A DNA stretch of 34,749 nt from Thermotogota bacterium (lineage in GTDB: Bacteria > Thermotogota > Thermotogae > Petrotogales > Petrotogaceae), in NCBI GenBank assembly GCA_051748045.1, contig JBNJGY010000021.1, positions 1-34,749 of the forward strand, in the 5' to 3' direction. Under the pieces are notes generated by a model. The model did no database searches and was not told the origin of the DNA. It saw nothing but the letters and a program-made list of their open reading frames with translations. Shown here one piece after another: positions 28,554 through 34,749 of the stretch (its first letter is position 1; every line of letters starts with the position of its first letter). The translations under genes and the position numbers were made by a program.

Positions 28554-28736
28554 GTTGGAAGAGAAGAAATCAGAGATTTCGGTTGAAAGATGGATATTGG
28601 AAGTAAAAAGCATTGTTGAAAATCTTTGCGTATGTCACCTTGAGCTTGTCGAAAGGTCTCATCAGTCAATTTTTGAAGAAAATTAGATCCCCTCTAAAAT
28701 AATATTTTAGAGGGGTCATGCGAAGCATGGGTGTTT
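28554..28736 (+). repeat. Composite REP-like intergenic element, copy 3
   Basis: GAAATC-aga-GATTTC hairpin, heptamers, core at 28633-28659 (28626-28660 identical to 18998-19032 over 35 bp), AATTTT..AAAATT hairpin, then CCCCTCT..AGAGGGG and CATGC-GAA-GCATG hairpins. Confidence 0.88.
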
Positions 28737-28887
28737 TATAGCTTTTTAAAAAATAATAAATAAAAAATCTCACAAGGTCGAAATATAGAAAGAATAATAT
28801 CTTCAATCTTTTGAAAATATTCATATAAATATATATCATCCCAAAAGAATTGAGCCATAATGGTATAATTCTTTTTGGAGGTGAGAT

Positions 28888-29493
28888 ATGAATTTTTTAG
28901 AACTTGTGAAAAAAAGAAGAAGCGTAAGAAGTTTTCTAGATAAAGATGTAGACGATGAAACTATAAATTATATTATAGAATCAGCTAGATATGCTCCTTC
29001 TGGAGGTAACACACAGAATTTTATTTTTGGGGTTATAAAAGATAAAAAGATTATTGAAGAACTTTCAGAAGCTGCGGGAAATCAAGACTGGATAAAAACA
29101 GCACCTGTTGTCATCGCTTGTTGTGCTTATACTGGATTTGATCTTTCAAATGTTGAAAAAGATTCTTTTGCTCTTGAAGTTAACGTAACTAGATTTGGTG
29201 AGAATTTTGTAAATTACATGAATAATTACGATGATAGGGAAATGATGAATATTTTTTGGGAAAATGGTTCACCTTTGATACCAGGAGAACATATTTTTTT
29301 AGCTGCAACAGAAAAAGGCTTAAATGCCTGTTGGATTGGTTATATGGATATATTAAAAGTAGGCAAAATACTCAATTTACCAAAAGATATCAACTGTTTA
29401 TTTTTAATGCCAATTGGCTATGCAACAGAAAAACCAGATGATAAAGATATAAAACCATTAAAAGAAATAGTTTTCTACGATAAATGGCAATAA
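28888..29493 (+). CDS. Nitroreductase family protein
   Basis: KRRSVRSF, APSGGNTQ, LAATEKGLNACWIG, MPIGY; TGG-TATAAT at 28861-28869. Confidence 0.92.
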   Translation: MNFLELVKKRRSVRSFLDKDVDDETINYIIESARYAPSGGNTQNFIFGVIKDKKIIEELSEAAGNQDWIKTAPVVIACCAYTGFDLSNVEKDSFALEVNVTRFGENFVNYMNNYDDREMMNIFWENGSPLIPGEHIFLAATEKGLNACWIGYMDILKVGKILNLPKDINCLFLMPIGYATEKPDDKDIKPLKEIVFYDKWQ

Positions 29494-29497
29494 AAAA

Positions 29498-29534
29498 GCA
29501 CTTTATCTTTTTATTGATAACTTAGATAAAGTGC
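29498..29534. terminator. Probable terminator between convergent genes
   Basis: GCACTTTATCT-N15-AGATAAAGTGC with an A-run on the left, which is a T-tract for the minus strand. Confidence 0.6.
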
Positions 29535-29541
29535 CTATTAT

Positions 29542-30930
29542 TTATTTTGCTATTTCAGTTTGTAAATGCATTTCAATTTTTTGTTTTGCGATTGATTGAT
29601 TTAATATCTTCATTTCTCTTAATACAAAAATCAAAGTTACTGTGAAAGCTAAAAGATCTGATATAGGAAATGTTGCCCAAATTCCAGCTAATCCGTACAG
29701 ATTAGACATCAAAAATACTATAGGAATGAAAAATAGTATCTGCCTTGACATAGAAAGAAATAATGCTGGTCCTGCTTTTCCTATAGCCTGGAATAATGAA
29801 GCGCCCACTACCTGAAATCCAACAATGAAAATAACAGAAACATTAATTCTAGTTGCCCATACGCCTTGTGATATTAAATCAGGATCTGTTGTGAAAATTG
29901 AGATCAAAAACTCAGGAAAAATCATCAAAATTGCGTAGGCTGTTAATGAAAAAATGGTTGTAACTTTTGTAGCTGTTTTTATTACTTCTTTGACTCTGTC
30001 ATATTTTTTTGCTCCATAATTGAAACCCGCTATAGGTAAAAATCCTTGAGCAATACCAAACATTGGCATAAAAGTGAACATCAGTAATCTATTTATTACT
30101 CCAAACACTGCAATGGATAATTCTCCACCGTAGAGACCAAGTAAATTATTCAAAATGATTGCTAAAATACTACCTGCAACTTGCCTTGCAAACGCTGAAG
30201 AACCTACAGCAAAAGTTTCTTTTAGTATAGGTAATTCAAATTTTATATCTTTAATATGAAAGTGTAAAGAACTTTTTCCTCTCATAAAATAAGAAAGAAT
30301 ATAAACAACACCAATCATTTGAGAAACTAATGTAGCAATAGCTGCTCCTCTTATACCCATATCAAAACTAAAAATGAATATAGGGTCAAGAATTATATTC
30401 ATGACTCCTGATATTAGCATACTGATCATAGCTACTTTTGCATTTCCTTCTGCTCTAATAACATTATTTGAAGTCATAGCAAAAGAAAAGAATATATTCC
30501 CTATGAAAATAACACTCATATAGTCTATTGCATAAGGCATAATAAGATCTGTAGCACCAAATAGCGTTAAAATAGGTTTTATGAAAACACTTCCTAAAAC
30601 TGCAATAGCTACAGAAAATATAACTATTATTCCTAACATGTTTCCTAGTGTTTTTTCTGCCTTTTCAACATTTTTAGCCCCAAGTGATCTTGATATTATT
30701 GAAGCTCCACCAATACCAACCATTTGAGCAAGGGCCATTATGATCATTTGAATAGGAAAAGATACAGAAACTGCTGCTATTCCTATTGTTCCAACACCTC
30801 TTCCAATGTATATAGTATCTACAAAGTTATATAAGGCTTGAACCATCATCGCAACTGTCGCTGGTAGAGATAATTTAAAAAGTAACTTACTTATACTTTC
30901 ATTGCCCAACATTTTTGAATTTTTTTCCAC
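29542..30930 (-). CDS. MATE family efflux transporter (MepA-like)
   Basis: LSLPA..YNFVDTIYIG, RAEGN, NIILDPIFIF..GIRGAAIAT, GFNYGAK; about 12 TMs; GTG start coupled to the marR stop. Confidence 0.94.
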   Translation of the reverse strand: MEKNSKMLGNESISKLLFKLSLPATVAMMVQALYNFVDTIYIGRGVGTIGIAAVSVSFPIQMIIMALAQMVGIGGASIISRSLGAKNVEKAEKTLGNMLGIIVIFSVAIAVLGSVFIKPILTLFGATDLIMPYAIDYMSVIFIGNIFFSFAMTSNNVIRAEGNAKVAMISMLISGVMNIILDPIFIFSFDMGIRGAAIATLVSQMIGVVYILSYFMRGKSSLHFHIKDIKFELPILKETFAVGSSAFARQVAGSILAIILNNLLGLYGGELSIAVFGVINRLLMFTFMPMFGIAQGFLPIAGFNYGAKKYDRVKEVIKTATKVTTIFSLTAYAILMIFPEFLISIFTTDPDLISQGVWATRINVSVIFIVGFQVVGASLFQAIGKAGPALFLSMSRQILFFIPIVFLMSNLYGLAGIWATFPISDLLAFTVTLIFVLREMKILNQSIAKQKIEMHLQTEIAK

Positions 30931-31370
30931 TATTCAACACCTACTTTGTTCTTTTCATTAATCATGTTATCTTTCATTTTTTCTAAGACCTCTAAAAAAA
31001 CTTCTACTTTCTCTTCTGGAATTCCTTCTAATAACTTCTTTTCCCATATTTCAGCGGTTTTTTTCAACTCATCTTTTATTTGTTCCCCTTTTTCTGTTAA
31101 AAAAACTCTTTTTTTTCTCTTATCTTTTTCATCTGATTTTCTTATTATATATTCATTTTTTTCTAGCTTTCTCAAGGCTCTCGTTGTTGTTGCTTTATCT
31201 ATTTCTAAAGCTTGGGTTATTTCTTCTTGGGACATACCATTTCCATGGTTAACAATATACATAAAATAATGCATCTGTCCTCTTCCTATATGAAATTCTT
31301 CAAAAACCTGATCAAAAAAATTATGAGAATTTCTGAAAACACAAGAAATTTTTCGTCCTATATATTTCAT
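30930..31370 (-). CDS. MarR family transcriptional regulator
   Basis: SQEEITQALEIDKATTTRALRKLEKNEYIIR..DKR...LTEKG. Confidence 0.93.
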   Translation of the reverse strand: MKYIGRKISCVFRNSHNFFDQVFEEFHIGRGQMHYFMYIVNHGNGMSQEEITQALEIDKATTTRALRKLEKNEYIIRKSDEKDKRKKRVFLTEKGEQIKDELKKTAEIWEKKLLEGIPEEKVEVFLEVLEKMKDNMINEKNKVGVE

Positions 31371-31402
31371 AATCTACCTCCGAATTATAATTATTATAAT
31401 TA

Positions 31403-31465
31403 GTTGCTAACGCAACAATTTCAAAACCAAATAAATTATACATCAAATAATGTTGCGCACGCAAC
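31403..31465. promoter_or_regulatory. Two GTTGC-N4-GCAAC palindromes, probable MarR operators
   Basis: GTTGC-taac-GCAAC (31403-31416) and GTTGC-gcac-GCAAC (31452-31465) flank a minus-strand TATAAT (31440-31435) upstream of marR-MATE. Confidence 0.7.
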
Positions 31466-31493
31466 TAATTTTAGTTAAAAAAAGATGAAGCTC

Positions 31494-32276
31494 TTAGGCT
31501 TCATCTTGTAAAATTTCTTCTAAAGAAATAGCTCTATATTTTTTAATTTCATCTTTGGAATTAATTTCTATTGCTTGTTGTGGACAAAAAGAAAAACAAC
31601 GCATACAACTTTCACAATCATTTTTAATCTCAGGATAATCTCCCACATAAACAATATTTTTTACAGGGCATAACTCAACACAAATTCCACAACTAATACA
31701 TTTTTTTTGGTTTATTTTCATGCCCAAAGATTTCTGAGTGAGTTTCCACATCCATTTCTGGTTGGCTAGGGGAACAAACATATCTGTTAATGGTTTTTTA
31801 ATATATTCAATTTTTTCTCGATTCATAATTTTATTTGAAAAAGTTTTGATATCCTCTTTCGCTTTTTCAAGTTTAGCTTTTGCTTTATCATTATTTATAC
31901 TTTTTTGCATGAAATTATTTTGTGTTGAAAATTCTTCTAACCCTAAGTATTCACAATCTTTCTTTTTAAATAACTTGTGAAAATAATAAGGCACTCCGCT
32001 ATAATCTCCACCTAGAGTGGTAAAACCAAATATAGTCATATCTTTATTAAATTCTATATTTTCTATGAATTTTCTCACAAAAGGATATGTTGTGTGTATT
32101 GCTACAGGAAAAGCAAAACATATCAAACCTGATTTCACTACTTCTTCAGACTTTATTTTTTCAATTTTATGTTTATGAACTTCATAATATTTTTTCTTAA
32201 AATAATTCGCTATCTCATCAACAAGAATTTTTGTGTTTCCTGTTCCAGAAAAATAATAAATATTTAATTCTTTCAT
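31494..32276 (-). CDS. Flavodoxin-like / 2x[4Fe-4S] ferredoxin fusion (EFR1 family)
   Basis: YFSGTGNT flavodoxin loop; CISCGICVELCP and CESCMRCFSFCP; ATG 32276 follows GAGGTG. Confidence 0.9.
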   Translation of the reverse strand: MKELNIYYFSGTGNTKILVDEIANYFKKKYYEVHKHKIEKIKSEEVVKSGLICFAFPVAIHTTYPFVRKFIENIEFNKDMTIFGFTTLGGDYSGVPYYFHKLFKKKDCEYLGLEEFSTQNNFMQKSINNDKAKAKLEKAKEDIKTFSNKIMNREKIEYIKKPLTDMFVPLANQKWMWKLTQKSLGMKINQKKCISCGICVELCPVKNIVYVGDYPEIKNDCESCMRCFSFCPQQAIEINSKDEIKKYRAISLEEILQDEA

Positions 32277-32369
32277 CAACTTCACCTCAAAAATATTATA
32301 ACTTATAATGTTAAAATATGATATAATATGTTTACGTTACGAACCAATAATTTAAAAGGGGGAAGGAAA

Positions 32370-34082
32370 ATGTATACAGAAGAAAAAATAGTAAAAAAGC
32401 CAAGAAAATACTATTCAGAAGATTTGAAATTCACTGAATGGGATACTGTAAGAAAAGAGCTTGAAAACCTTGAAAAATTTGAAATAAACTCGAAGGATAA
32501 TTTGATTGAATTCATGAAAATGAAAAGTGAATTTGAAGCTGCTTTATCTGAAGAGATGGCATGGAAATATATAAGAATGACATGTAATGCTGATAAACCA
32601 GAATTTTCTAAAGATTTTAATGATTTTTATTCTAAAGTTATTTCTCCTGCAGAGGCTTATGATTTTAAACTTAAAAAGAAATTCTATGAAAGCCCTTACA
32701 GAAAAGAATTAGGTTCTGAATATGATTTGATGAATAAAATCATCTCTAAAGATATTGAAATTTTCAGAGAAGAAAACATCCCTCTAAAGATAAAAGAACA
32801 AGAATTATCTTCTAAATATGGGGAGATAATTTCAAAATTAACAGTTGAATACGATGGAGAAGAAAAAACTCTTTCTCAAATGGGAATTTATCAAAAGAAT
32901 CCAGAAAGAAAAATTAGAGAAGAAACTTGGAAATTAGTAAACACAAGACTTCTAGAAGTTAAAGATGAACTGAATGATTTATTTGACCAATTAAAAGAAA
33001 TCAGAATTGAAATTGCAAAAAATGCTGGGTTTGATAATTATAGAGACTATATGCATTATGCTAAAGGTAGATTCGATTATGAACCAAAAGATGTTTTTGA
33101 ATTTCATAAATCAGTAGAAAATGTTATTGTGCCTTTCTTAAAAGAAATCAATAAAGATAGAAAAGATAAATTAAATGTTGAAAATCTTAGACCTTGGGAT
33201 TTGAACGTTGATTTAGATGGAAAAGTTTTATCACCTTTCAATACAGAAGATGAATTTGTAGACAAAGCAGTAGAAGTACTTCACAGGGTAAAACCAGATT
33301 TTGGTGTTAAACTCGAAAAAATGAAGAACTCAGGTTTCTTAGATCTTGAAAACAGAAAAGGTAAAGCACCAGGTGGCTACAATTATCCTTTACATGAAAC
33401 TGGTGGATCATTTATTTTCATGAACGCAATTGGGCTTCAAGGAGATGTTAGAACACTTCTTCATGAATCAGGTCATGCAATGCATAACTTTGCTTGTAAC
33501 CATATTGATTTAGGGGTTTATAAAGATTACCCAAGTGAGTTAGCAGAGCTTGCTTCCATGTCAATGGAACTTTTAACTATGGAACATTTGAATGTTTATT
33601 ATTCAGATGATGCAGACCTTAAAAAAGCTAAACTAGAACAATTAAGAGGTACTTTAAAAGTTTTCCCATGGGTGATGACAGTAGATGCATTCCAACAATG
33701 GATTTACACAAATCCAAACCATACAGCTGAAGAAAGAGAAGAGTTTTTTGCTTCTTTGATGGATAGATTCAACACAGATGTAGAGTTTTCTGGTTTAGAA
33801 GCAGAAAAAGCAGCAAGATGGCTAAGACAATTACACATTTTCGAAGTTCCTTTCTATTACATTGAATATGCAATGTCTCAGTTAGGTGCAATTGCTATTT
33901 ATAAGAATTATAAAGAAAAAGGAAAAGAGGCAGTAAAAATGTACGAAGAATTTATGAGCCTTGGTTATTCAAAATCAATTCCAGAACTTTATGAAACAGC
34001 TGGTATTAAATTTGATTTTAGCGAAGAATATATTTCTGATTTGGTTGAGTTTATTAAAAAAGAAATTGAAGAAGTAGAATAA
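32370..34082 (+). CDS. M3 family oligoendopeptidase (PepF-like)
   Basis: RKGKAPGGY, zinc motif HESGHAMH, AELASMSME, HIFEVPFYYIEY; ATG 32370 follows GGGGGAAGG. Confidence 0.94.
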   Translation: MYTEEKIVKKPRKYYSEDLKFTEWDTVRKELENLEKFEINSKDNLIEFMKMKSEFEAALSEEMAWKYIRMTCNADKPEFSKDFNDFYSKVISPAEAYDFKLKKKFYESPYRKELGSEYDLMNKIISKDIEIFREENIPLKIKEQELSSKYGEIISKLTVEYDGEEKTLSQMGIYQKNPERKIREETWKLVNTRLLEVKDELNDLFDQLKEIRIEIAKNAGFDNYRDYMHYAKGRFDYEPKDVFEFHKSVENVIVPFLKEINKDRKDKLNVENLRPWDLNVDLDGKVLSPFNTEDEFVDKAVEVLHRVKPDFGVKLEKMKNSGFLDLENRKGKAPGGYNYPLHETGGSFIFMNAIGLQGDVRTLLHESGHAMHNFACNHIDLGVYKDYPSELAELASMSMELLTMEHLNVYYSDDADLKKAKLEQLRGTLKVFPWVMTVDAFQQWIYTNPNHTAEEREEFFASLMDRFNTDVEFSGLEAEKAARWLRQLHIFEVPFYYIEYAMSQLGAIAIYKNYKEKGKEAVKMYEEFMSLGYSKSIPELYETAGIKFDFSEEYISDLVEFIKKEIEEVE

Positions 34083-34099
34083 AATATATGGTATCATTT

Positions 34100-34128
34100 A
34101 AGCGTCCTTAACTGGACGCTTTTGTTTT
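34100..34128 (+). terminator. Intrinsic terminator after the M3 peptidase
   Basis: AAGCGTCC-ttaact-GGACGCTT-TTGTTTT. Confidence 0.82.
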
Positions 34129-34247
34129 AAAATTTTGAAATTTTTTAAAACTATTAAAATAATAAATAGATGTGAATAACTAGTGAGAATTATAGTAGAA
34201 TATTTACATCGTTGTTAGTAAAAATAAGAATTATAAACTATTATAGC

Positions 34248-34392
34248 TATCAGGTCGAGCATCGTCTAAACACAGTCCGGACATCTATTCAGTAAATTTT
34301 CAAAGAAAATTAAAGATTTTTAAAAGCTTAATTTCACTTTGTGAAATTTACTGATGAGATATTTCGACTCGCTATGCTCGCTCAATATGACA
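34248..34392. repeat. Inverted pair of REP-like cores (REPIN-like)
   Basis: Degenerate forward core plus tail (34248-34312) faces an intact reverse core (34357-34392). TCAGTAAATTT (34289-34299) and AAATTTACTGA (34344-34354) are exact inverted repeats. Confidence 0.75.
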
Positions 34393-34749
34393 TACACAAA
34401 AGTTTTTAACAATGTTTTTAATATAATGAAGAAATATAAAAATGAAAAGTATTGGAGTTTTACTGAGTGAAACAATATAAAAATTGATGTTGAAAAACAC
34501 GGATGTTTTTCATGCGAATTTATCCATGGACGGATAATATGAGCTGTACATCCATTTTATTGTTGAACGAGGGTTAAAAAACGACCTACTTTGAGTTTTT
34601 ATATTTCGGAATTGTTTTTAATTAATCTATAAATTTTGCAAGCAAAATTAACTGATGAGATATTTCGACTCGCTATGCTCGCTCAATATGACATACACAA
34701 AAGTTTTTAACAATGTTTTTAATATAATGAAGAAATATAAAAATGAAAA
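34350..34749 (+). repeat. Direct repeat, 301-bp period (at least 99 bp identical, truncated by window end)
   Basis: 34350-34448 is identical to 34651-34749. Confidence 0.95.

Noticed and set aside
529-31980. Short ORF-track entries overlapping long genes (e.g. 529-768, 5836-6171, 8616-8816, 10268-10651, 17895-18398, 30946-31269)
   Set aside because: They are antisense or alternate-frame shadows of well-supported genes, with no recognisable motifs or RBS.
32330-32344. GTTTACGTTACGAAC upstream of the M3 peptidase as a third MarR site
   Set aside because: Only one half-site matches TTCG-N4-CGAA; too weak to support.
34351-34392. CTGATGAG, the hammerhead ribozyme core, present in both direct-repeat copies
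   Set aside because: No GAAA follows the putative stem II and no stem I/III arrangement is evident; the motif is the complement of the repeat's CTCATCAG tail.
34350-34749. Possible CRISPR array
   Set aside because: A repeat of at least 99 bp with a 301-bp period does not fit CRISPR geometry, and no cas genes are present.

Overview
AT-rich bacterial chromosomal window. It most likely comes from Thermotogota (Petrotogales-like); this is an inference from a peroxiredoxin-nitroreductase fusion, a MarR plus TM287/288-type ABC exporter, a small beta-barrel-like exported protein and an H-NOX chemoreceptor. Coding content in order: partial degenerate HD-GYP protein and CHASE2 adenylate cyclase (-); GH31 glucosidase; short ORF plus clpC; rubredoxin (missed by the ORF track), superoxide reductase, rubrerythrin, H-NOX-MCP and STAS protein (-); Prx-nitroreductase; GNAT; BTAD regulator; hypotheticals; GAF/PAS histidine kinase and response regulator; ileS; MarR plus heterodimeric ABC exporter; DUF3795; priming glycosyltransferase (-); nitroreductase; MarR-MATE (-); flavodoxin-ferredoxin (-); M3 oligoendopeptidase. 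No rRNA, tRNA, CRISPR array or transposase was seen. The most unusual signal is non-coding. Four intergenic regions (about 13.3, 19.0, 28.6 and 34.2-34.7 kb) carry a modular family of REP/REPIN-like structured repeats. Their stems covary while tandem G.A/G.A mismatches are kept, they include GAA mini-hairpins and heptamer arms, and they end in a 301-bp-period duplication containing a 177-nt strand-asymmetric hairpin. Also notable are a candidate ~130-nt sRNA (28371-28502), an O2-type H-NOX chemoreceptor beside the oxygen-defence genes, and a consensus promoter inside a terminator followed by a CIRCE-like site ahead of clpC.
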